Made by a program: the position numbers and the translations under genes | Assembly (NCBI GenBank): GCA_046563655.1 | Contig: CM102290.1 | Span: 1,364,001-1,428,000, forward strand | Direction: 5' to 3' | Origin: Yuukianura sp. NJ FZ-2021 | Taxonomy: Eukaryota | DNA: 64,000 nucleotides | In this document: positions 36,902 through 50,520 of the stretch, piece by piece | How the letters are laid out: the number at the start of each line of letters is the position of its first letter | Numbering within the stretch: position 1 is the stretch's first letter | The notes under the pieces: model-generated | Database searches by the model: none | What the model was told of the DNA's origin: nothing | The model's input: only the letters and a program-made list of their open reading frames with translations

Positions 36902-39900
36902 ATGGCTGTTGTTCGAAGAATTGGAGGGAAAAGAGTTCTTGTCTCTTACCTGTTGCTACTGGGATGGATCCTTTCTGCCGTAATTGCTGAATCGTCTTTT
37001 CTCCCAATGGAAAGAGATGGCGGAGGTAAGCATGTCAAAGGTCACAGAAAATAATGCCCCACAATACTCAAATCCACTTGACAAAGCCCAAACTGAATTT
37101 TTGACGCTTGTGATTTCATACTTTTTGAATTCGGAAATCAGAAAGGTCATCAAGTTTGTATTACTACAACGTATTTGGGTTTCAGTTTTGTCAAAAACAA
37201 AGTAGGTTTTTATTTTCATACCTCTGCAGTTTAGTTTTTTTAAAGAAACTTTCTTTTTAACGCATATTTTGACAACAAGGTCGGAGCACTCATGAATCGG
37301 AAATTAGAAATCAAAATCGCAAATGTGGAAGTGCTCAAAATAGACATTCTAACCATAAAATTCTGATGTAAACTATTTACATAGTGAGGACTCCAGTGTT
37401 TTAAATTTGATTTTTGACTTGAATTGGTCTTTTCAATTGAATGTTTCCTTTCAGATACTTCTGGGGATGAGGAGGACTTTCTCTTCCGGCACCTTGGTTA
37501 CCCCAATCCACTGGAAGACTTTCAACCCAACTACGACATTCCCCCACCAGACACACAACTCCCCTTCATCCCCCGTGTCAAAAAACTAGGATCAGAGCTA
37601 CTCGGAAAGAGGTACGCAACCCCCAAGGTTCCTATAGCAACGAAATAGTTTTCCTTTATCAGGTTTGGCAATAAGTCCTGTTTACGAAAAATCCCACCCC
37701 GAAGAATTTTTTCCTCCAATCCCATTTGATTACATATAAATCATTGCCATAGGAAGGCACGGTGAAGCAAGTTTTGGTAATTTTTCAACAAAATTTAAGA
37801 AGTTCTAATTATTGCCTAACCTGTTGAAGAAATAACTATTTCCTTGTTTACGAACCTTGGCAACCCTCCATGTCAACTTTTTTTAAATTTAATTTTCATA
37901 ACATATTTTAACAACCTGAAAGGTTCCATGTCATTGCTTCATATAGAAATGTTCCGAATTGAATTGTTTCGAAAAATAATTGCTTGATATTTTTATTATT
38001 TAATATTAATTATTTAATATTAATTTTCATTTTATCCAATATCATTAAATACTTTTCAAATCAATTCGTATTCCAACAGAACTTTTCGAAACATTGGCTC
38101 CCACGTGAACTCACTTTGTAACACCTAGCCTATGATGAAAATAAGAGATTTCATTCCAATTGTTTCATCACGCAACTTATAGCTGCGTGATAAATTAGGC
38201 AAACATTGGGAAAAAGATCTTGTGGTTCACAAATCAAGTTAACGGAAGTGAAACAACTTTCTATAAAGTAAAATTTAGTAGAAATTTCAATAGCCGTAAG
38301 TTGCTGAAATCATTCAAAAATATTCAGCTTTGTTCTAAGTGACTTACTTTGCACGTTAGTTTCTAAAACGGGAATCTGGGACAAACATTAGTTGCATTTG
38401 CAGGATGAATTCAGAAGTCAACTTGTGCCAGTGGGCTTGCGAATAACTATGACAAAGTGATTTGGCAAAAAGTAAAATGATACTTTGAGCAATTTGTGAA
38501 GCCCCGGTACAACTGTTGCCTCCAGGACAAGAACTTGCTGGGACACTCTTCCATTTCCATGTAACTTGTTAGAGTTCGAAGCAAAGTTTTTAAGTTTTAG
38601 CAAATGAAAAAGCAGCGGAAATCAACTTTTTACTTTTCCATAAGGAATTAGAGTTCCGGAGCTTAAAAGGGCCCCAAACTTCCATCAATGAGCGGTGGCA
38701 ATAATGCTTGTAACAAAATACAATTTAAAAAAAAACATATTTGGTTTAAACTTTCATGAATTTGAAGGGGTGAGGAGCAGTTTAATTTAAGTAAAAAAAC
38801 ATATTATTCCGAACAATTAAAGGCTCAAATAAGAAATTCCGCGTGATTATACCAGAGACCATATTTTTTTTTTTTTGGAAATTTTGTTTCTGCACTTTTA
38901 ATAATTGGATTCAATTCGTGGAAAAATTCGTTGTCTGAAAGCGTAGGAAGAGGCAAAGGTGCCGTTACGAGGTCAAAATGAAAACGTCAAGGGACATCTC
39001 CAGGGCAAAGAGAAAGTTGATATCAACTTCCGCTGTACTAAAAGTGTCCGCCTTCGCGTGTCATCGCTTTCGGCTCTTTGGATTCTTACGACATGACAGA
39101 ATTACTGTTCCTATTTGACTCTAGTGCCAACTTCCCATTATCCAAAAACTATGCAAACGCAAACGTTTCCAGTCACTAACAAATGAACTTTGTGTTCTTT
39201 TCTAAATTTTGTCATGTCTTCATATTTTTAGGTCCGTATCTCCAACAGAGCTGGAACTGGATGAAATTGAGAAGCGGCGCATGGGGTCAGAGTTTTTAGG
39301 CAAAAAAAGACGCCTTGGTTCTGAATTGCTTGGGAAGCGTGGAGAACCGCTAGACCAAGGTTCAAGAGATATCAGCAGCGATGAAAAAATCGCTGGATCT
39401 CCTACGGCCAATCCTACTGTTTCCAGCGGGGATGCACGTCAAAAGACACTGGATGCAGAACACAGCCAATCACAGTCCGACAAAGGTGTATTACTGGAAC
39501 CCAAAGACAAAGAAGAGCCGATGGACAACTCAAATCTTCAATCATTCCGCCCAGACATAACTGAAGAGAAGAGAATGGGTTCGGAGTTCTTAGGAAAGCG
39601 TCGAATGGGATCCGAATTCTTAGGAAAGCGTCGAATGGGATCTGAATTCTTAGGAAAGCGTCGTATGGGGTCAGAATTCTTAGGAAAACGTCGAATGGGA
39701 TCCGAATTCTTAGGAAAGCGTATGGGGTCAGAATTCCTTGGAAAGCGACGAATGGGTTCAGAATTCTTAGGAAAGCGTCGAATGGGTTCAGAATTCTTAG
39801 GAAAGCGTCGAATGGGATCCGAATTCTTAGGAAAGCGTCGTATGGGGTCAGAATTCTTAGGAAAGCGTATGGGGTCAGAATTCCTTGGAAAGCGACGAAT

Positions 39901-40105
39901 GGGTTCAGAATTCTTAGGAAAGCGTATGGGGTCAGAATTTCTTGGAAAGCGTCGAATGGGTTCGGAATTCTTAGGAAAACGGCGCATGGGTTCGGAATTC
40001 CTGGGGAAGCGTCGGATGGGTTCGGAATTCTTAGGCAAAAGGGGTGACCTTGAGGTAAGAGACGGCGATGTCCCAGAAGGCGATGGATTCGGCGCTGAAA
40101 AATAG
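36902..40105 (+). CDS. GSEFLamide / EFLamide neuropeptide precursor (~384 aa, 3 coding exons)
   Basis: Exons 36902-37025, 37455-37611 and 39232-40105 splice in phase. Signal peptide ...RVLVSYLLLLGWILSAVIA. 17 MGSEFLG and 2 LGSELLG copies, each flanked by KR/KRR/KK and carrying a Gly amide donor. Confidence 0.93.
37623..37867. mobile_element. MITE-like fold-back element in the EFLamide intron
   Basis: ~55-bp imperfect inverted arms (CCAAGGTTC...GAAATAGTT...CAGGTT.GGCAATAA). The right end reads AGGGTTGCC on the minus strand. No clear target-site duplication. Confidence 0.6.
39575..40042 (+). repeat. Coding tandem repeat, 16 x 27/30-nt units encoding (R)MGSEFLGKR
   Basis: 468 nt = 12 RMGSEFLGKR + 4 MGSEFLGKR. 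Apart from the optional Arg, units differ only at synonymous positions. Confidence 0.95.
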
Positions 40106-41932
40106 GTGATAGAGTCCCTCGGTAGCCCTTGACATCCAAAACATTATTTTGCTCCAAGTTGAACTTTTTGCTCCTCTAAAACCTTCCCATTTTAATTTAG
40201 GCTCGTTTTAACTACCACAAATTAAAAGTTTGGAAACTGTTTCTTTTAAATGGTCCACTTTCTTAGTTTGTTATTAGCTTTTGAACATTTGTAGCTGAGA
40301 AAGAAGTTTAAGCGCTCCCACTACCCCTCTCTGATGAGTGAAAGACTTTCTCCAGGGTGTGGGAATTGAGTTGATCATTTCATTCATAAGGTCAGAGGGA
40401 CTGTGTTCTCATGAATATGCATCCATTCACTTGACTTTGATTCGTCGAGCTCAACGTAAAGAAACTGATTTACATGACTGACATAGGGGAGAGGGAGGGG
40501 ACTGTTGCTGCAAGGAAAAGAGAAAGCGTTGGGGACGGGGTTAATTGAGTGAATTCTTGTGAATTCATTGAAAAGGACGGTTAGTCTGTATACACTGCAG
40601 ATTAGACTTCTTAATTCCAACTGTCAAAGGATGACATTAAGTTTAGACATTACAAAGAAACTGTTCAATTTGAACTCCTTTAATTTTGTGATTGTTAGCA
40701 CAGAATGTAGAATCGTATTCAAAAATTTCAATTTCAGTTGTATTTGTATTACTTTGGCGTGAGTTTCACTTTTTGAATTTACTAAAAGAAAAGTCCCTGC
40801 GTATCGTTGGGTTAGCAAAGAAGTAGAAGTTAGAAAAGTAGTAAACTTGTTTTCTTTTAGCGAACTCAAAAAGTGAACGTTGGATGAAAGTAACGAATAG
40901 CAAAAATTCTATGATTATTTTAATTAAAAAAATGTTATAATTGTTAAACCCACAATCTTCCCCTAGCTTTCCTAGCGTTCTGACTTTGTAACTTGAGCCC
41001 TTCAACTAAAAGCATCTGAAGTAGTCAACATTCTGTTAAGATGTTTGTTCAGTCATGCGAAATGAAATTACTGGCAAAAATTACACTTACTACAATTACT
41101 GTATATGTAAAGAAAACAAATTTAGCTTTAGTGCACTGAACAGGCGTATTGCCGACACAGTTTAGAAACCCATAGCTATGAACCTTCTGGGAATTAAAAA
41201 AAAACGTGCTGATGACATACGGGTTTAAAATTCTATTTAAATGAAAAATTTTGGTTAGCGGAAGAGTTGTTTTTAAGAGCCGACGAAACGAAACAGCGGA
41301 GTGGAACTGTGGAGTGACAGTTTTAGTAAAATGTTTATTAACATTTCATTTTAAATATTATTTGTTTAGTATCCTTATTATTACATACTATTCATAAAAT
41401 TGAATAAAATTATAAACTAAAACAATAAACATTGGGTGTGGAGAGGTATTGCCTCAAAGTTATACTTTTGGGTTCCCCTCCTCCCACCAAGTTCTACCAA
41501 CAGCATAAGAACAGTAAAATTCAAGTACAGTGCAGTGGCAACTGGCAAATGATTAACTAACTGTAGAAGCATGCATAAACTGTTACTCTCCGAGCAATTC
41601 TTTTGATACATTTGATTTTTAGTAACGTGTACTTTGGATTTCGTCCCATTTGATCTCCAACTTCAGGTATTTTCACTTTTGGGAAAAAGTGAAGCGACAC
41701 TGATCAGCTCATGTGCTTGTGCAGCCACATACAGCACATTCAGTTTTTTTTTGTTTTTACAAAGAAAGAGGATTTACGTAGGACTCCTGAGTGACCGAGC
41801 CACTCAAATAAAAATGTTATACTAAATAATACATTCGCTTTGAGAATGCAAACTGCTTAGTCTAATAACCACTAACAGTAAACACTATTACATAAAGTTG
41901 TCTCGTTACCCCTCAGAATTGACTCGAGGTCT

Positions 41933-44900
41933 TCAGAATTTCCGATCGCCATGGTCCTTGACACTAAAATGCAAAAGTACATATTAGTGTTGAAGGAACC
42001 GAGAAAGGAACAAAAAATGAACTTTGAAGTACCTCTGTTGCAGCAAATATTGCGCCATTCGGATTTGCCCGCTACCTCCAGTGATGGTGATGATTCTATC
42101 TGCCGCTCCAGGCAAAGCTTCATCAATTGTGATGTTGGCTCCAGACTCAGCACGAATACGTCGGATGCGAGATCCGCCTTTTCCAATAATCGCACCCGCG
42201 TACTCCTTTGGAATGGTTACTTGAGTAGTGGTCCGATCCTCATCGCTGTATTCTGGCTCATAGTCATCATGCCGTCCGCCACCGTTACTTCCAGCCATTG
42301 GATAGCTTGGTTCTAACGTAAGTTAAGAAAAAGTGAGTGTAAATTGGGTTAAGTCAGATGCTGAATATATTTCAACAAAATCATGTTAATAATGAATCCA
42401 TGTTACCGTTGTACATTCCCCCGCCTCCTCTACCACCGCGGTCGTCACGGTAACCGCCTGCTCTCATTCCACCACCTCGTGGTGGGCCTCCACCCATTCG
42501 GGCTGCTCCAACCGGACCACCGCGGCCGCCACCATACCCACGCTCTCCACCATATCCACCACCGCCACCTCCGCGCCCATCCCCTGTTGATAACAAACCA
42601 AAACATTACATCTGATCCTGGAAACTGACAAAGTTACGGACAAACGTGAGGCAGTAGTGTGTCTACCTTCACCAAATCCTCCGTATTGAGCGGCATATAC
42701 ATCATCAAAGTTATGCGGATCATAGGGATCACATGCGCCCTTGACCGGGTTCTAGAAAACAAGTAAAAGCATACGAAACTTGTCAATTGTGTGTCATCCC
42801 TTCTTAGTAAAAGTGGTGGAGTATTACGTCCAAAACGAGGAGAGCAATTTGTTTAGTCGCATTCAAAACCATTTCAATTAATCCAGTAATTGCCACCACG
42901 CGATCAGTACTTCTAGGACAGCATGTTCCATACACCTTAATCTGCGTGTTCGTCGTCTACAAAACATAAATAAGATTTAAAATCGTCGCTTGTATTAAAA
43001 CATAAAAAAAACTTTCGTACCTCTCGAAGCTCTTTAATTTTGGCTCCAGCTTTCCCAATGATGCAACCAACCTGAGTGTGATGATACAGAAGTCTCACTT
43101 CCACAATTCCTTCGCCATCACCTCCGGCTCGACTTCGATCCTTTGAGGCCTAAATACAAACAAGTTCCATTATCAAACAGTCAAGACTTGTTGTTTTAAA
43201 TTTGACACTACTTTTAGAACTTACATCTTCAATCAGAGGCACAATTTGGCTCAAAACACTAAAAGTTACTTCTTGATCATCAGAAGAGATTGTAATCAAT
43301 CTGAAATAGTCAAGTAACGCATTACTTCAATTTTTCTCAGCATACTAAATCATGAATTTAGATTAAAATAGCCTATCTAAATATCCCTGGCTTAAGTTTC
43401 TTCGTGAGGGATGTTGGATTGGACAACACACGATGAATGGAATTTTGCAGTAAAAAGTAGAAGTGAAAAAACAAGGGAAAGCGATTCAATTTCTACAGTT
43501 TTCTATAGGAAGAAAAAGCTAGTGGTATATTGGCTGTTTGAAAATGTTGGACTTGAGTTATGAACTAGCGGAAACTATAACAAAAGCGTTTTCATTTTCA
43601 ACCAAATACCACATCCGATGTTTTGGTGCTTCCAAATTTTTGTTGCACATCCAAACGTGAATTAGATTCGGATCATTTATACTTGAGAAACCATCACCTA
43701 ATAAAGCTTTATACAGTATATTGGAGAGATGCAAAAGACCAAGACGCAAAAACTGGAATGAGTGACACAGACAATGCTACCATGCTAAAGTACCAACTCA
43801 TGAAGAAGGAAGCGTGAAGAAGTTGACCTGCATGAAAGTAAAGGAGGTTACTCGACGACTAGGTATGGAACAATTACACAGTAGAACTTAAGTGGGAAGT
43901 GTAGTTACACTCAAGAGAAGCAAACAAGATGGAATCCTTGATTCGTCCTTCTGCAACCTTTAGATGTCAAGGTCAAGGACATTCATTCCTATTCAAAGGT
44001 TTTGTTTACATCCAGAGGATATTGAATAGTGTCAATTTCAATAGAGTTCCAAGGTTCGTAAAATGGTTTTCTACACCAGGTTGTCCAATAACTCAACGTT
44101 TTGAAAATTGTTAAAAAATTCGTCAAAAATTTTCTCCTGTAGCTTTCTATGGATTATGTTGTATAATTGAAATTGGAGAAAAATTATTGTTTCGAGATTT
44201 TTGAAAATCCCGAGTTATTGGACTACCTGTGGTAGGAATACAACTCGATTGTCAAGGAATCGTGAGAAACTCGACGATTTTAAGCGGGAACTGCGGGAGT
44301 TTTTGTAGCAGGGAACGCTATACGGCGGCGCTTGCGTGACGACTGAATAAAAGTTCCATCTTCTATGCTGTGAACAGAAACTAGCCTTTCTGCATGAGAA
44401 TTAAATACTAGTACATAGATAATATTTTGTATTTGCTAATTATATTGTGAAATAGTGGACATATGGGTGGGACTTTACCGTTCTGGGCCTGGGCAATCAG
44501 GGACACTGATGGTTGCTTTGTTCTATACAGGTTTCGATGTTTAGGTTTGGAGGGACGGGACACCAACGACCAGAAAAAACACAAAACGGGACCCAAGATC
44601 AGAATTAAGTTTGAGATTATCCAAAAAGAGAAAAATAAACGAATAATTAAAAAAAAGTGTATTATTAAGTTAAAGTTACTGCTCGGAGGAAACTCAAAAC
44701 TGTATTGAATTTTAGTAAAGTAAAAATTTTCTTCCGTTTTTTGATATCTTTGATACCTTTCCACTTTCTATGTTGAAATACTTAACATTTTCTGGCAATT
44801 CCCAGAAAAGGCTAAATAAATATTTTAGAACAAAAATATTATGAAAAGGTTTCAACATTTGAAAACTGTTTTGGAAAATTTGGAATTTGGAACAAAGGGA

Positions 44901-45210
44901 CGTTATGTTGTAGTAATAAAGTTAAGATTTTCTAAACGAAGTTGCATATTGCGATGGCAGTACATACCTCGGCACGGAGGCGGCTAATATTGCTTCCTCC
45001 TTTACCAATAATGCTCCCAGCAACCTACAGCACAAAATCCGTTTTAATTATAATTTTAACATTTTTAGTGATTAATGTTTGAATTAACTTGTGTATTTTA
45101 CTATTTTTATTGTTAATTACCCTTGAGGGAATTAGAATTCGTAGTTCGTAGCCGAGGTTACGGGCTCGCTTCTGAGGTGATCCCATGTCTCTATCAGCTC
45201 CTCGCTTCAT
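41933..45210 (-). CDS. HNRNPK: Heterogeneous nuclear ribonucleoprotein K (3 KH domains plus RGG region)
   Basis: [43 protein letters not shown]|..[12 protein letters not shown]2 [19 protein letters not shown] exon; KH3 [26 protein letters not shown]...[17 protein letters not shown]. Probable 5'-UTR exons upstream (minus-strand donors near 47947 and 49561). Confidence 0.95.
44049..44238. mobile_element. Second, degenerate copy of the fold-back family seen at 37623, in an hnRNP K intron
   Basis: Starts CCAAGGTTCGTAAA, identical to the 37623 element's right arm. 44068-44094 pairs with 44212-44238. Confidence 0.5.
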
Positions 45211-48200
45211 CCCTGCAGTAATCAAGGTCAACAAATTTGTTAATTACGTTCCCTAATTATTTTTGACAAGCTCTACTTCAATGAGGTTTCTCCAAATAAT
45301 ATTCACTCTCAAAAAACAAAAGTACAAAATCAAAAAGTTATTTAAAAACAAAGGAAAAAACGTTTGTTTTTAAAATAAGAAGCTGGTGGTGGTAAAGTGT
45401 AAACCGTGGTGGGTTAATTGAATAATTTGTGTTGGTTTGTAATAGCATTGCGAATGTGAGGAAACGGAAAATTAAAAGAACAGAAATATAGAATTTGTGA
45501 AAACAAAGAAAGAAGCGGATTAGAATTACGTACAGTCATGAATAAGATGATTCAAGATAAGCGCCCAGCATCAGCAGACATTTTAAAACTAGAAAAAGAA
45601 AATAAGCATTTCTTTTATTTTCATATTATACTGGCATTCTGCAATTCTGCGGTGGTTGCAAATTTCTTCTGGAAACGAACAGTACAAGGAAATATAAGTT
45701 ACCGGGTATCTGAATAGTAACCTCACGTTTTACAACTAACAAAAACCAGCCCGAATTCAACTTATATCCGGGTCAGATGACGAACGGGAAGTTGGCTAGT
45801 GTCAGGTGAAGTGATGTTAATCAGTACACGAATCCGACTAAAAAATCAAAACGAAGTGTTGTGCTCGTGCCTGACTACCGAATTGCATTAAACAAACTTC
45901 AATTCTAACCATGCTGTTAACAACATGTTGGGAGCGTTTATCCAAGTTTGGAGTAGATTTTCTACAAGACTCTGTTGATAGAAAAGAAGCAAGCGATTCG
46001 TAAAGTAGGTAAAATCCAGTACTGAAGTTAGTCAATTAGCCTCCCCTTCCGTACTGTATGGCGCGAGAATTGCTGTCGAGCTACAGAAGGTTTTAAAGAA
46101 AAGATTTTACTGTTGCGTAAAACTAAATTAGGAAATGGTCCTCAAGCTTGCCGATTTTTGCTTGTTTGTAAGATGTAACTTGGCTAATAGAATTCTAAAT
46201 CGAAGCAGACTGCACTAGCTATACGCTAGCATGGAGCTGAACTGCAAGTGACAAAAAACCAAGCTTGCAAAGTTATTCAACTATGAAGAATGGATAATCC
46301 GTTAATTTGAAATTCAAAATAGTTTGAAGAATGAAAATAGTGAAAACAAATTAAAAGTTAACAAGAAAGTAATTATAAAATATATCCAAACCTTTTCAAC
46401 AACACTTGGTGACAGAGGAGTTTGCTTGCATAGCAAACTATCAGTAATCAACTAGAACAAAAACAAAAGTGCAAATGAAGTTTTCGTATTGACCGTCAAC
46501 GTAAACTGTTACACATCAAGATCTTACTGTTTACGCCGTACGATAAATCTAATGGCAAATTCTAGCTTTGCTTCAGTTATTACATACAAGCGTTGCGATT
46601 TTTTATAATAACAGGATCGCTGAACAATATTTACGCAGGACAACTCTGAAACATGTTTTTCAACTGATCATGAAGGTGCAAACTATTCGAGAAACGAGCA
46701 ACTGCGTCCTACACTATTTTGAATTCATAGTCGCGAAAGAGTCGATGTGCTTTGGTATTGGATTTTGCTTGGTGTAGGATAATAACTAAAGCTGCCATTA
46801 GCTAGCGCGTATTAAGTACGTAAATCTAATTCCCCTTTATAAGTTAACCCAGATAAGCGACACTGTTACACGGAAGAATTGACGAAGCTCTTACTGGCAA
46901 ATTTTGAAAATCTCTATATGAGAGCACACATGCAATTTGAGAAAGAATATACAGAAAATTAGAAGAAACCCATGAGCGATTGACCCAGCATGATAAATAA
47001 GATTCTACATCTTAGGAGTCAACATACCTGTATAGTCACTCTCATTTGCATTATAGCTCATCCTGATCTTCTAACTTGGGGCTTGCTATGATCTACGAAG
47101 GAATAGGAAAGCAATCAATCAAGGTTCAAGGAAGTTCTACTAGTAAGGGCTTTCTCCAAATCTTGAAAATTTTGACAAGTTAAATATAATACGTATAGGT
47201 ATAATATATTTTTGGTCACGTAATGTTCCTAATGTGGACTAGACTCCCATTGTTATCAGTTGCCAGAAACTACTGTTTCGTCCACGCTTAGGTTTCGTAA
47301 GGTTTCGCCAATCAATGTCGTCTACAACTACTACGCGCTGTACCTTGAATGAAAAAGTTGAGTTATAGTATTTAGTAGCAGGCGTCCCGGATTATGGCTG
47401 ACACAGAGGGTTACTGGACGTCTGAAACGATAAAAATAAACAAAATTAGAAAGTCCAAGTAAACCCAATGCAACTAATAAACTAGCTAACTAGCATAATA
47501 GTCGTTACATGGCCAGAAAATAAACTGCTTAATAATAACAATAGGTTAATGCAGCAGCGCTGGGAAGCTGGGAAGTTTTATCAAATGACTTGAGGCACAA
47601 TACCGGAAGGAAACCCTTCCAGGAAACAGTACACACAAGAAAAAAAAAACGCGTGCGCATCGTTACAATTGGATCGGCGACTCAACGTCAACGTCAACCT
47701 CGTCTGACACAACGAGCCCTAATACTTATTAAAGTGACTAGCAGCAGGATGTTCCCTGGTCACTGTTATGATTGCCGGTTATAAACTGTACTTCGCACAA
47801 CTGTCAGCAGCGCGAATTCAGCCTCAGTGGCCTAAGCAAGGTCAGGAATCCTCCGTGCTAAATATCCCTGCTAGAGTAGTAGCTAAATTATTTGCTTTGT
47901 TTGCTAAGCTCAGCAATTGCTTATCGCTAATCACAAGAGTGACTCACCGTGTTTGGCTGACTTGAGCAATATTCTTAGGCTACAAATTGGCGATGAGTGT
48001 CCGTCCGTAAGTCCGAATGTTGTCCAGTCGTAGTGGGGATGAAAACGTGTAGATTCCGGAGATACTTTCTACTGAAGAAGTGACGCAGAAAACAATTGAA
48101 TCTTGGATTTTCAGAGATGGCAAGACTTACTGCCAATACCAATGTATGCTGGGTTGTTGTCAGATATATGCAGATGAAGGTGATCCTGTTATTTGCTTAC

Positions 48201-48624
48201 TCACTAGACTAGAAGGTGTAGGGTTCCGATATCCTTCGTTTCAACGCAATGGTAATGGCGAGGAGGCGCAGCAATGAGGCCATGGGAACATGGGATTGGG
48301 ACTACTCCTTCCAGGAGCATTTTCAAAGAAAAAAAGTTATGCAGAGGGGAATTCGGGTCCTCATGGTACCTCCTCAGGGCCGTCACGGTCGTGCAAATAG
48401 GTAGTCCTGGCACGGAATTTCAAATGAATGTGTTGCACTAGCAAGCTTCTGTAACAACGTTCGAAAGAAGTGTGACCAGGTTAAATTATAGTTTACCAGG
48501 TTAAATTTTATTAAAAACTATAACTTGAATTTTTTTTTTCTAAACAAACGCCAGTATGCTACGTATTCTTGCTAGACGGGGCTACCAGCTGCCAGTTCCA
48601 TAGTCCTAATTTCTTGGCTACTTC

Positions 48625-49114
48625 CAGGGCTGCAAGAAATATTTTCTTAAATATTAAATATTTTTATATTTAAAAAAAATATTCCGCCGTTTTAAAAAAT
48701 TAAAATATTTCTCTAAATTTTTGGCTGTTTTTGAAAAATAATCGATACTTTTTTTTTTAAATATTTAGCCATTTCAGTGTTTTTCAAAACAAAATTTCGG
48801 TATATTGGTGATATTTTTCGTCCGCGGTTAACAATTCTTCCTTTTTCAGGCGATAAAGAAACACCAAAGCCATCTTTGAACAAATTCGATATCCTGTTAA
48901 CGTTTAAGCCAAGAAAAAAAAACCTAAATCTCGCTTGCGCTAAAAGTATCAGCTGATAAAATTAACAAATGGCAACTGAATTTATGTGATTTCAAGTTAA
49001 AATTGTACAAATAATGCTTGGTTAGTAAATATTTTCTTAAATATAATGCCGTTTTTCAGTAAATATTTCAATAAATATTTTGAGGGTTTTTAGTAAATAT
49101 TTTTTGCAGGCCTG
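48625..49114. mobile_element. ~490-bp non-autonomous DNA transposon (MITE, hAT-like termini)
   Basis: TIRs CAGGGCTGCAAGAAATATTTTCTTAAA / CAGGCCTGCAAAAAATATTTACTAAAA match at 23 of 27 positions. The very AT-rich interior has repeated AAATATTT. The TSD is not cleanly preserved. Confidence 0.7.
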
Positions 49115-50273
49115 CATGACTTTCTGTAAACGCTGAAAAGCTGGAAATTGTAAATTTGTTTTCAAAAACAATATTCCGGAAAAGTTTTTGTTCCTCTTGA
49201 CAGGAAGTTACGTTATAGCTCTTTTTTTAGACTAACCAGTTTAGCAACGTCTAAAAAAGAGAAATCCGAAGGTCTTCAAGACATAAAAAAAGTGTCAGCA
49301 TTTCCAGAACATTTAAATTTTTAAACAAGCTAAATTGGAGGAGCAGATTTCTCAACACAACAAACAAAAATTTCTCAACAGAGTCACAATTCCGGCCCTG
49401 AATTTCCGATTTTTTTAGCGGCACGCTATTTGGGGAGAGTGTTCAATGTTCATGGAGTGCAGATATGCAGTGCAGTATTAAATTAAAGAGGCAGAGGGAC
49501 GAGGACGACGACGACGGCTTTATCGACTTCATATTCGGGGGAATCGGCTAAAGATGCTTACGCTTGCGCATTGCGCAGATCGCTTTCCGAATTCAAAACG
49601 ACCCGCCACTCGCGACGACACGACGACCAATTCTTTGCTTTACTACTAAACTACTAAGTACGCAAATACAAATACGCTCCGCTACTACGCTCATTCATAA
49701 ATTGGTCGATTGCCCAGAATTTACAGAATTCAGAAATTTAGCGCCGCAGCTGGTAGGATGCCATCGCGTATCGATGTAATTCATTCATTATCGCTAGGCA
49801 GCCTGTCCTAACGTTTTATACCGTACATTTTTCGTTTTGTCTTGTGCTTCCTTTGTTAGTACTGAACCAATTTGATTATTAATTTCTCGCCCATATTGTT
49901 TTCACCCATGCTTCTGCGTAATAGAATTAACGTAGTAAGTAAAGTACATATACCTAACATCAAACTATTTAGCTGATTTTTCAGTGGCTAAAGCAAACAT
50001 AATGTTGCACCATACTTAATACTACAATTAACTTAATATGTTTGCGGTAAATTATGCCTACATACAATGCCAATGCCAATGGTTCGTTCGATAATACGAT
50101 ACGCAAACACAACGCACTGGTATTGCTGTGAAGTTTGAAAACTCCTTCAACGAGAACTCGGCGCGAAACTTATTCATAAAACTTGCATATGCTTGTGATG
50201 GAAGCAAATGTAAGTATGTAGTCCCGTTATTTTGGTCGACGTAAGGTTTAACGATCGTAATTGTAGCAGCACA

Positions 50274-50520
50274 TAATTGGACGTAATACCACGTAATTGG
50301 ACGTGCTACAACAGAGAAAATTTCAACTGAACTTTTCGACGTGCTAGATTTGAGAAAAATTCAACTAAAATCTAAATTTTGGACGTGCTAGATTTGAGAA
50401 AAATTCAACTAAAATCTAACTTTTGGACGTGCTAGATTTGAGAAAAATTGAACTGAAATTTAACTTTTGGACGTGCTAGAATTGAGAAAACTTCAACTGA
50501 AATCCAATTTTTGGACGTAC
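50274..50520 (+). repeat. 44-bp minisatellite in the hnRNP K / WDR35 divergent intergenic region
   Basis: GACGTGCTAGATTTGAGAAAAATTCAACTAAAATCTAAATTTTG starts at 50338, 50382, 50426 and 50470, with a partial copy at 50514 and shorter precursors at 50274-50337. Confidence 0.9.

Noticed and set aside
39414..40157. Long repetitive antisense ORFs (IRRFPKNSEP, FLRILNPF repeats)
   Set aside because: They are shadows of the sense neuropeptide repeat, with no signal peptide or amidation sites.
43302..44478. Poison or mutually exclusive exon in the long hnRNP K intron
   Set aside because: Acceptor-like sites exist, but I could not define a convincing exon with both boundaries. RNA-seq is needed.
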